Assembly: GCA_963704645.1 (NCBI GenBank)
Contig: OY969926.1
Coordinates: forward strand, 640,001-704,000
Direction: 5' to 3'
Length of the DNA: 64,000 nucleotides
From: an uncultured bacterium
GTDB taxonomy: Bacteria > Patescibacteriota > JACMRA01
Under the pieces are notes generated by a model. The model was not told where the DNA came from. It did no database searches and worked only from the letters and a program-made list of their open reading frames with translations. Shown piece by piece: positions 37,412-47,200 of the stretch. The translations under genes and the position numbers were made by a program. Position 1 is the stretch's first letter. Each line of letters opens with the position of its first letter.

Positions 37412-39976
37412 ATGTTTTCAGCTGTTCCTGTGCAAGTAACCACCAATTGGCAAAATCAAACTTTAACTTTAGAAACCGGTTTGCTGGCCAGACAAGCAAG
37501 CGCATCGGTTTTAGCCACAATTGGTGAAACAAGTGTACTTGCCGCAGTGGTTATAGGTAAAGAAACCAACCAAGACTGGCTACCTTTGCAGGTTATTTAT
37601 GAAGAAAGGCTTTACGCCAGCGGTAAAATTAAGGGTTCTAGATTTGTTAAAAGAGAAGGCAGACCTACAGAAAACGCTGTGTTAATTGGCAGAATGGTAG
37701 ACAGGTCGGTTCGTTCTTTGTTCAATCAAAATATTAGACAAGAAATTCAGATTGTCATTACAGTTTTAAGTTTAGATGAAATTAATTCGCCAGATACACT
37801 TGCAGTTTTAGCAGCTTCAGCAGCTTTAAGTTTATGTAATTTAGTAGATGTTGCAAATTTAGAAAACTCCGTTTTTGCTGGCCCTGTTAGTGCGGTTAGA
37901 GTAGGGATGATGCAAGCCAATGTTGGCAGTGTTTGGGTAGAAAAAGTTGCTAATTTACTTCCTTCCGCTGAAAGTTTAAACGATTTACGACCAGTTTTAA
38001 CAGAAGTGGCAAGAAATGTAGACGACAGTATTGCACAAGAAAAAGCTAGCTTGGAAGAAATTTTTAGTATGCTTGGAAGGAAAAACCCAGAATGGGCGGC
38101 CAAGTTTAGGCTAATGTACAAAACTGTAGAAAAGCTTCCAAGACAGCTTGTTTTAGAAGAAAATAATGTTCAGCCTAAAATTGTAATTAATCCAAGCGCT
38201 GCTTTAGTTAGTTTGTCAGAACTAGATTTAGTTGTATCTGGAGATGGAAAAAACATTGTTATGGTAGAAGCTGGAGCAAATATTTTAAGTGAAAATAATA
38301 TGATGCTGGCTATGGAAACAGCGGTTGAAGAATTGGCACTTTTAAATAATTTCCAAAAAGAATTTATTACTAAAGCAGGTGTTAAAACTAATAAAATTGT
38401 TGTTAGTACTTCTAACACCGAAGCTTTGAATTACTGGAGAGAAAGAAAGCAATTATTAGAGTCTGTTTTATATTCTACAACTAAAAAAGAAATTAGAACT
38501 GTTGCAGTTAAAGAGGTTGTTTTAGTAGCTAGAAGCGTTGTTGAACAACAAAAAATGTTGTTAAATGCAGAAGCTCCAGGGTTATTACCTACCTATGAAC
38601 TTCCAAAGGTTGTATCTGACTTTTGGTCAGTTTATACTGATAAGGAATGGTTTGAGTATTTCTCAATTGAAAAAGAAATTTTAGATGGTAATCAAGATTG
38701 GCTGAAAAGCTTTGAACAGGCAGTTGAGATATTAACTTGTGAAATTGTAAAAGAAGCAATTTTGAATCTAGACAAGCGTTTAGATGGTAGGGCAATAGAC
38801 GAAATTAGGCCAATTTCTTGCCAAATAGATGTGCTTCCAAGAACACATGGCTCTAGTTTGTTCCAGCGTGGAGAAACTCAAGTATTGAATATTTTAACCT
38901 TGGGTACAACTGAAGATGCACAAATTTTAGATGATATGGAAGATTTTGAAGAAACAACAAAGCGTTATATTCATCACTATAATTTTCCACCATATTCTGT
39001 TGGTGAAACTGGAAGATACAGTGGTCCTGGCAGAAGAGAAATTGGGCATGGAGCATTGGCTGAAAAGGCTTTGTTACCTGTGTTGCCAGATGAACAAGAT
39101 TTCCCTTACACATTAAGGTTGGTTAGCGAATGTTTAGGTTCTAACGGTTCAACTTCAATGGCTTCTACTTGTGCTTCCAGCTTAAGTTTATTAACAGGAG
39201 GTGTTCCAATTAAAGCATCTGTGGCTGGTATTGCTATGGGGTTGGTAATTGATCAAAATACTAAAAACTTTAAAACTCTAACAGATATTCAAGGAGCAGA
39301 AGACCATTATGGTGATATGGATTTTAAAGTAACAGGAACTAAAGACGGAATTACAGCTTTGCAGTTAGACAATAAAGTTGCAGGTTTAAACATTGAAGTT
39401 TTAAAAGAAGCTTTGGAAAAAGCTAGAATTGGCCGTATGTTTATTTTAGGCGAAATGGAGAAAGCAATTGCTTCACCTAAAAAAGAAGTTTCTAAATATG
39501 CTCCTAAAGTTTTAACAGTGCAAGTTCCAATTGAAAAGATTGGTGAAGTTATTGGTCCAAGTGGTAAAATAATTAAATCCATTATTGCTGAAACTGGAAC
39601 AACTATAGATATTGATGATAAAACAGGTTTGGTTTACATTTACGGAAAAGACATGGAAAAAGTTGCTTTAGCTGGCAAAATAATCACAGCTATAGTTAAA
39701 GACTATGTTGTAGGGAATGTTGTTAGCGGAGAAGTTTTCAGAATTGAGGCTTACGGCGCTTTTGTAAAAATTGATGGTTCAGATAGAGAAGGATTAATTC
39801 ATATTTCCCAAATTAGCAAAGAAAGAATAGGTAAGGTGCAGGACGTTTTAAAAATGGGGCAAATAGTACAGGCCAAAGTGATTGAAGTTAATGATCGTGG
39901 ACAAGTTAGCTTAAGTATGAAAGAAATGGAGCTAAGCCCTTCAAATAATGATGAGTCAATCAAAATCATTGTCTAA
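37412..39976 (+). CDS. pnp: Polyribonucleotide nucleotidyltransferase with large insertions
   Basis: ARQASA, KREGRP, HGSSLFQRGETQ, HHYNFPPYSVGE, RREIGHG, SNGSTSMAS, GDMDFKV, KH and S1 domains. Confidence 0.97.
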   Translation: MFSAVPVQVTTNWQNQTLTLETGLLARQASASVLATIGETSVLAAVVIGKETNQDWLPLQVIYEERLYASGKIKGSRFVKREGRPTENAVLIGRMVDRSVRSLFNQNIRQEIQIVITVLSLDEINSPDTLAVLAASAALSLCNLVDVANLENSVFAGPVSAVRVGMMQANVGSVWVEKVANLLPSAESLNDLRPVLTEVARNVDDSIAQEKASLEEIFSMLGRKNPEWAAKFRLMYKTVEKLPRQLVLEENNVQPKIVINPSAALVSLSELDLVVSGDGKNIVMVEAGANILSENNMMLAMETAVEELALLNNFQKEFITKAGVKTNKIVVSTSNTEALNYWRERKQLLESVLYSTTKKEIRTVAVKEVVLVARSVVEQQKMLLNAEAPGLLPTYELPKVVSDFWSVYTDKEWFEYFSIEKEILDGNQDWLKSFEQAVEILTCEIVKEAILNLDKRLDGRAIDEIRPISCQIDVLPRTHGSSLFQRGETQVLNILTLGTTEDAQILDDMEDFEETTKRYIHHYNFPPYSVGETGRYSGPGRREIGHGALAEKALLPVLPDEQDFPYTLRLVSECLGSNGSTSMASTCASSLSLLTGGVPIKASVAGIAMGLVIDQNTKNFKTLTDIQGAEDHYGDMDFKVTGTKDGITALQLDNKVAGLNIEVLKEALEKARIGRMFILGEMEKAIASPKKEVSKYAPKVLTVQVPIEKIGEVIGPSGKIIKSIIAETGTTIDIDDKTGLVYIYGKDMEKVALAGKIITAIVKDYVVGNVVSGEVFRIEAYGAFVKIDGSDREGLIHISQISKERIGKVQDVLKMGQIVQAKVIEVNDRGQVSLSMKEMELSPSNNDESIKIIV

Positions 39977-40011
39977 TTGACAAAACATGTTTATTGGCAA
40001 AATAAATGCAT

Positions 40012-41376
40012 ATGATATCATTTCTTTATTTCTTGGCAACTTTAATAGTTATTGTTTTTGTAATAACTAGGCTTGTTTTTCCTCAGCTGGATTCATCTTT
40101 TAAAACTGAAAAAAATAGTAAGCTAGATAAAAAACCTTTTAATATTGGAGTTTTACTTTTGGGTGCAGGGCCAATCTTGGCTGGTATTGGTATGTTTGGT
40201 CTGATGATACGCTATTGGACAGATATTTCTAATGTTGGACGCTTGGGCATTGTGTTAATTTTGTTGGTTGTGTTTTTTACTTCAGGAATATACCTTAATT
40301 TTTATAAAAAGAACCTTGTAAACGAAACTCTATCTGAAGCTTTGTTAATTTTAACCAGTTTTAGTTGGGGTACTGTGGTGTTTTTATTTGCCACTGTTTT
40401 GTCTGATAATTTAGGTTATCCGGCATTGGGTTTAAGTGAAATTTTGGGTATTTGGGCTTTGGGAATAATCCCTTTGGTTTATATTACAAGAAGTATTTGG
40501 ATAATTGCCATTCAAACTTTAATACATTTATTGTGGCTTTTTACCTATCTAGGTGAAAATGTTAACGCCTCTCATTTAATAACTTTAAGTCAAAATGCAG
40601 ACACATTTTTAATTCAAAATAGATTAGTTTACTTTATATTATTGTTGGTTCAAAGCGCAATGTTTGTGTGTTTTTACAGATGGCATGAAATAGAAGATAA
40701 AACTTTAAAAAACAATAGAATTTTAAAGTATTCAACTGGAATGTTGGCTTTTCTTTCTGTCGGTGTAAGTATTTGGAGAGGGGTTGTTGAAAACTGGGCA
40801 GTTTTTTCTAACCAAGACAATGCTTGGATAATTGCAATTATAACAGCAGCTGTAACACTAATTATTTTTGGTATAGACCAAATTGGTAAACATTACCCAA
40901 CAAAATATAATTTACACTGGCTTGTTGCAATTGTGTATATAATTGCTGGAATAGTAGGTCTTTTCCCTTTTTCGCTAAGTTATTTTACAGGAATGTATTT
41001 CTTGCAAACAGCATTTTCATTATGGCTTTTAGTAGACTTTATTAGAGAAAGAAGTAAGGTCGCTGAAACTATGTTTTATGTATTCAATGCTGCTCAAATT
41101 ATTGCTTTAACAATTTCAAGAGATAATTTTAGTTTGTTCCAACTAATTGTTCTATTGGCAATTTTAATTTACGCTATGTTAATTCATCAGAACATGAAGG
41201 CTTTTGTGTACTATGTTTGGGTTTGTGTAATTTTATCTTTCCTTGTAAAAATTCTTATTTTACAATTAGACTTCTTCTGGATTTCGCTTATTATCGGGTT
41301 GTTCAGTATTGTTTTAGGCTGGTTATACACTACAGGAAAAATTAAGATTGGCTCAGGAAATACACTAAATAAATAA
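40012..41376 (+). CDS. DUF2157-like polytopic membrane protein
   Basis: Many TM segments; G..L.GIG......YW..I pattern; start set 35 nt after TTGACA. Confidence 0.55.
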   Translation: MISFLYFLATLIVIVFVITRLVFPQLDSSFKTEKNSKLDKKPFNIGVLLLGAGPILAGIGMFGLMIRYWTDISNVGRLGIVLILLVVFFTSGIYLNFYKKNLVNETLSEALLILTSFSWGTVVFLFATVLSDNLGYPALGLSEILGIWALGIIPLVYITRSIWIIAIQTLIHLLWLFTYLGENVNASHLITLSQNADTFLIQNRLVYFILLLVQSAMFVCFYRWHEIEDKTLKNNRILKYSTGMLAFLSVGVSIWRGVVENWAVFSNQDNAWIIAIITAAVTLIIFGIDQIGKHYPTKYNLHWLVAIVYIIAGIVGLFPFSLSYFTGMYFLQTAFSLWLLVDFIRERSKVAETMFYVFNAAQIIALTISRDNFSLFQLIVLLAILIYAMLIHQNMKAFVYYVWVCVILSFLVKILILQLDFFWISLIIGLFSIVLGWLYTTGKIKIGSGNTLNK

Positions 41377-41693
41377 TGTCAGTTAACCAAGTTTATTACG
41401 CTTTTGCTTTATTTGGATTTATTTTAAGTAATACACTTTTCCTAATTCTGGGCGGGGGATATGAAGGAGATAAGGGTGATAAATCGATTATTTTAGATTT
41501 ACTTGGTTTGAAAATACATTTTCACCATTGGATGTTGGGCTTCGTTCTTTTGGTTATAACTTTATTCATTGAAACTATTTTTAGTTCTGATAACAAAAAC
41601 CTATTTGTATCTTTTTTAAAAGGGACATTTTTCGGAATGATGTTCCACGGAATTGCTTTTTACACAGATTATTTCCAGATATTTAAAAAATAA
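41376..41693 (+). CDS. Small membrane protein
   Basis: Overlapping stop/start with upstream gene; HFHHW motif, three TM segments. Confidence 0.7.
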   Translation: MSVNQVYYAFALFGFILSNTLFLILGGGYEGDKGDKSIILDLLGLKIHFHHWMLGFVLLVITLFIETIFSSDNKNLFVSFLKGTFFGMMFHGIAFYTDYFQIFKK

Positions 41694-41781
41694 ATTTATT
41701 TTACGAACGGGATATTTTCTAAACGATAAACAAGCTGCTTCATCTTTAAAGTGCTCCTCATGTGTGGTGCAGATTGCCGTT

Positions 41782-42249
41782 TTACCTAAGACCTAACATG
41801 CACAAAATATTGTGAACAAGGTTTTTCTTGGCAGATTCCTCAGAGTAAGGTAGATAGTTAGATATTGCATCAATAAATTCTGCTACACCCGGTTGGCTTG
41901 TTTCTAAATAAAAATAATAAAATTGCTGGCTAAATTGAGTAGTTTGAATTGTAAATTCTAAGTTTTCATCTAAATCAGTTAAAGCCCAAGAAAGACAGTT
42001 GCTCCATTTTAATATCTCTTCACCAATGTGAATTCCTTCTGGTTCAATTTCAATAACCATTTTTATAGGAGGTCTTCCCAATATAATAAAGCCTGCTATT
42101 GTACTAACTAACATTGTAGATGAAACAAAAATGTCTCTGTAAAGAAGAAAAGTAAGCACTGTTATAAACGCCCCAATAGCTAGGATATAGTACAATTTAA
42201 CGCTGTGTTGCAGGTTTAGTAATTTAGATCGGGCGGAGATCTTTAACAT
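41782..42249 (-). CDS. Two-TM protein with PH-like C-terminal domain
   Basis: Two TMs then I...GI.I......W pattern. Confidence 0.6.
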   Translation of the reverse strand: MLKISARSKLLNLQHSVKLYYILAIGAFITVLTFLLYRDIFVSSTMLVSTIAGFIILGRPPIKMVIEIEPEGIHIGEEILKWSNCLSWALTDLDENLEFTIQTTQFSQQFYYFYLETSQPGVAEFIDAISNYLPYSEESAKKNLVHNILCMLGLR

Positions 42250-42353
42250 AAAAATATTCTACTACTTTTAAAGTTTTTTGGCAAAGTTAGTACTCTGGGT
42301 GGTTGTTTTTGACTATGCTTATATTCTAAAGTAGAATTAGAAAAATATAAAAA

Positions 42354-43268
42354 ATGATTTCCGTTAATACTTCCTCCGGTTTAAATGTGAAGGCTCCTGC
42401 AAAGTGGGGTTCTAACCTTAGTTTAGGCTTGGAAATATGGCAAATTCTTATTGTTCTAACAATAATTTTAACCTCGGCCAGTGGTTTAATGTGGTTTACT
42501 AATTTGCAACCAGAAAACTTAAAGCAAGAGTATCTTTTAATTGATAAAACAAAAAGTGAAATATTTAATAAGGCTGAAAAAATAAAGTTTGAAATTGCTG
42601 AAGTTGTTTTTCCTGAAAGTGCCAAAGTTTCAACTAAAATTTGTTATGAAGATGTTAATACTAACAATTTTAATAGCAAGAGTTACGTAGATAAAGTTTT
42701 TGCTGATGAGCAAGATTTAAATGAAATAAATAATAATTTACTAGGGAGAATTAATATTTTATCTAATTCTGGTGTGAATGATGTTATAAAGCAAAGCTTA
42801 GATTATTCTGTTGAAAGCAAATTAAACTTACAAAATGCCGACATCTATTTTCAACAAGTGCAAAAAATTAACAAGGAAAGCATAGAATTGTGCAAATCTA
42901 CTTTAGATAAACTTCCCCAATTAGTTTCTAGCTTGGAGATGAATGCTAAAAATACTGCAGTATTGGATATCAATTCTAATTTAAACACTAGCATTTTAAA
43001 TATGTTGCAAAAATCTGATATTATTGCAGATTCTGTAGCGAAAACAGGGGATGTTAAACCAGAAGATAAAATGGCATTCTTGAAAGATTTTACTGAAGTA
43101 ATAACCAGTAAAGTTACTAAAGACAGATTGCTTGCTTCTTCCAGTAAAAAATATGAAGATTTAATATTAAAAATTGATGCTTTGGAAAAATGGCAGAAAA
43201 GCTTTTTAGTCGATAAAAACACCAATATATACAAAACAGTTTGGGTTTTAAGCAAGAATAAGATTTAA
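42354..43268 (+). CDS. Single-TM helical hypothetical protein
   Basis: Promoter TTGACT-N17-TAGAAT (42309-42337); TM then helical domain. Confidence 0.7.
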   Translation: MISVNTSSGLNVKAPAKWGSNLSLGLEIWQILIVLTIILTSASGLMWFTNLQPENLKQEYLLIDKTKSEIFNKAEKIKFEIAEVVFPESAKVSTKICYEDVNTNNFNSKSYVDKVFADEQDLNEINNNLLGRINILSNSGVNDVIKQSLDYSVESKLNLQNADIYFQQVQKINKESIELCKSTLDKLPQLVSSLEMNAKNTAVLDINSNLNTSILNMLQKSDIIADSVAKTGDVKPEDKMAFLKDFTEVITSKVTKDRLLASSSKKYEDLILKIDALEKWQKSFLVDKNTNIYKTVWVLSKNKI

Positions 43269-43418
43269 GAAACTAACTCTTTAGGGAAATTATTGATTCA
43301 GCTTTAAAATTGAATAATAAAAAATTAAGGACTTGTTGTTGTAAAAATCTTCGAACCAGTTTGAATTATGAATTAAAGTTAGCTTGACCTATGGCTAGCA
43401 ATATTTCATGCTAAGACT

Positions 43419-44024
43419 ATGAATTCAGAACCTTTTAAAATAACAATTATTAGCGTTATTATAACAGTTTTTATTATTGTAATTGGCAGCATGCCCGAAG
43501 TTCAGCGTAGTATAGCTGTTTTTACAGATCAGATTAGCAGTTTAGAAGATGCTGCAGAATTGAAGCCTGTAGAAAAAAATAACAAAGTTGCTGGAGTAGA
43601 AGAAGTTAAAGTGAACAGGGTAGTTGATGGTGATACTGTTGTTTTGGAAGATGGCAGAACAATTAGACTTTTGAACGTTGACACACCTGAAACTAAAAAG
43701 CCTGGTGTTGCAGTTATGTGTTACGGCCCAGAAGCCAGTAGCTATACAACTAAAATGCTAGAAAATAGAATTATTTTAATTAAACCAGATAAGGAAGACA
43801 AAGATAGATATGGTAGATCTTTAAGATTTATATTTTTTGTTGGGGAAGATACTTCAGCTATAGCTAATAGTTTTAATGCCAAGCTAATAAAAGAAGGGTA
43901 CGCCAAAAGTTCAACTGTTAAACCCAATAATACATATCAAAATTACTTTGAAACTTTAGAAAGACAAACTAAACAGTTAAAAGTAGGTGCATGGGGTGAA
44001 TGTCCAGATCCATTTAATGTGTAG
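43419..44024 (+). CDS. Thermonuclease (SNase) family protein
   Basis: VVDGDT, IRLLNVDTPE, DRYGRSL, N..L..EGYA, GAW. Confidence 0.95.
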   Translation: MNSEPFKITIISVIITVFIIVIGSMPEVQRSIAVFTDQISSLEDAAELKPVEKNNKVAGVEEVKVNRVVDGDTVVLEDGRTIRLLNVDTPETKKPGVAVMCYGPEASSYTTKMLENRIILIKPDKEDKDRYGRSLRFIFFVGEDTSAIANSFNAKLIKEGYAKSSTVKPNNTYQNYFETLERQTKQLKVGAWGECPDPFNV

Positions 44025-44246
44025 GGCATTAGTAGGATATACAGGGTAAAAATACTCAATGAGAAATTAATTGGTAGTGTTTAAGTTTACCTTAAAGAGT
44101 CTGCGATAGTATGAAAATGTTTCGTAAAAAAGCGAAAAAGATTTAAAAAATTTCTAAAATTATAATGTGACAAAACTGTTTTTGTGAATTAGACTATATA
44201 AAGTAACAAAAGTGTGTTGGGGAAATATAAAACAAAAATAAAATTT

Positions 44247-47200
44247 ATGCTTTCTTTGAATAAGAAACTACACGAAACAAAAAATAAAAATCACTGGTTT
44301 AATAATTTAAATAAATATAACAAAATATTTACCCTATTCCTTTTGAGCTTAATTATTTTATGTGGTTTAGTTTATTTTGGAATAAAATTTGAAGAATCCA
44401 GACAATTAGCTAAAGCTGAAGATATTTCAGCCACTACTCCTGTTGTAGGAAACTTTATTGGAAAATTGGTTCTTTCACCCGACAATCTAACTACTTATGT
44501 GAGTACTTCTGCTAATAGTGGGGGTGGAATTGCAAAATATGATACAACCACAAACACCTTACTAGGTTCTATATCATTTACAAACAATGGAATTCAACTA
44601 AACTCTACTGGTACAAGACTTTACACCTACAATGCCAGTGAGGTTAAAGTAATTGATACAGCTAGCTTTACGGTTATTTCTACAATTCCTGTTACAAATA
44701 ATATAATCAATGGATTTTTAAACGCTGATGGTAGTAAGTTTTATGCTGCCTCTTTCTTTTCCGGGGCTACAACTACAAACACTTTAACAGTAATTGATAC
44801 TTCTAATAATACTATTTTAACTTCTCTTGTTACGCCACAAACTGTAAAAGGTTTTTATCATCATTTTTCTTTAGATGGTAGCAAATTATATCTTTCTGAC
44901 GAATATAATGGGATAGTAATTGACACAGCTACTACCAGTTTTGAAGATTTCATTCCTATTACTAAGGATATGGTTTTATCGGAGGATGGTAAAAAAATGT
45001 ATTCTTTTGATACAGCCAATTTTGACTCAATTGGTATGAGAGTGATTGATCTGGCTACTAAAAAGCTTGATCGTGTTATTTTCATTAGTAGATTTGTAAA
45101 AGCAATTCCAAGAGATGGCAAAATTTTTGTAATTGCCGATAATGCTTTAAAAATATATGACGCTCAAACCTATAATTTGCTTTCCACTACTCAAATTATC
45201 AACAGTACATCTAGCATATGCTCATCGGGATGTGGTATTAAAATTACACCCGATGGCTCAAAGCTTTATATAACCGCTCAGGTTGGAGGTTCATTCACCT
45301 ATATTGGAAATCCAGCAAATAACAATGCAATTATTGTTCCGCCAGATAATATTTTACTTGTAATGGATTTGAACAGTTTTGAAATAAACATTAATCAAAA
45401 TTTCTCTCCATCGCCAAGAATTGAAGCTTTTTCAAATGACGGAAAAAAGGCCTATGTTAGAGATGTAGGAAGCTACAAAGTTGTGGATACTACGTTGGTA
45501 AATACTTCTGATATTTCAGGTTTTTCCTGTACTTCGCCTACAAACAACCTTGGCTCGGTAGTTACCTGTAACGTCACTAGTTCAACTCCGGTTCGTGGTT
45601 TAGTTAAATTTACGGTTGGTTTAGAAGAATGCACTGCCTATTTTGCTGCAGCTGGTGATACAACTGCCAACTGTACATATATTGCTAATAATGTTCAAAA
45701 TTCACCTATAACCATTCAGCCATCTTTTGGAACTTCTTTAAGTAGTGGAAGCTTAATTATAAATGGAGAGGCTGGCGATGTTGTAATTAGCTCAGGTAAT
45801 ATTGTTACAAATAACAATTGTGTACCAAGTGGAAATGTAAGAATTGGGGTATTTTTTGATTGTAGTTTTAGTCTTACAGGAAGTTCTTCTAACAGTTATA
45901 TTTTACCTTCACAAGGAATAAAAATTGGAGTAGGTACTGTTCCAAATATTTCTGATTTTTGTACTCTTTCTGGAAATGGAACTGCAAATGTAAAGTTGGA
46001 TTGTAAAGATATCCCAACTACATCTGGTGTAGGAGGCAACCCAGATGTACTAGCTTTTATAAACGGTTCTTCAACAGGAAGTAGTGTTGGAAGTATAAAT
46101 TTAACAGATGGGTACTTAGTTAACTCAACTTCAGATGATATAGATTCTGCTCCGGGTGATGGGTATTGTGGAAATAGTCTAGGTGAATGTACTTTAAGAG
46201 CAGCAGTTATGGAGGCCAACACTGATTACATTAAAGACAAAATAAATATTCCAGCTGGAGTTTACCAATTAACTATAGCTCCAACTGTTGGTGTAAACAA
46301 AGGCGCCATTGATGGTGATTTAGATATAACAACTGATATGGATTTTGTTGGAGCTGGAAAAGACACCACCTTTATTCAGGCTGGGTCTGATGACACAAAT
46401 GGAATAGATAGGGTTTTCCATATTTTTAATACTAACGTTGATTTTAATAATCTAACCATAAGGTATGGACGTGTAAACAATTTACCTGTGGGAACATACT
46501 ATAATGGTCAAAACAATACAACTGAACTACCACAAAATGGAGGGGGAATTTATTATCAGAAATACCTAGATTTTAATGCTCAAGCTGAAAATTCAATTGC
46601 AGTTTTAGGCTTCAATGATGATAGTAACTTACCTGTAAATGCCGATGAAAGTTTAAAATTTCCAGCAACTTTGAATTTAAACAATGTTGTGGTTTCTAAT
46701 AATTATGCTCAAAATAGTGGAGGTGGAATTTATGACTCTTCAAGAACTAGTATTTACACAAATTCAGAAATTAATAATAATTCTTCTGGTAAATATGGTG
46801 GAGGTGTAAGTAGATCAACTATAAATGATCGTGTAACTAAATTGTTAACTGAACAGGCTTTTGCATCATCTTCTGCTACTTTAAATTTTGTAAACTCAAT
46901 TGTTTCGGGCAATCAATCTGTAGATGGGGCTGGAATATATCACGACAGAGGTAACAAAGTTATTTTAGATGAAAACACTAGGTTGCTGGGCAATATTGCC
47001 AGTGGTAACGGAGGTGGAATTTTTAATACTGAGTGTAGTTTTTTTGGTGGTGTTTCAACCATAACAATTAATGGATCAACTATTAATTCGAATAGTGCAG
47101 TAAATGGAGGAGGGGTATATAATGAGTGTGGACACGTAGAAACTTTGCCAGGAAATTTAACTACTAAAAACTCTACAATTCAATATAATTCAGCTTCGGA

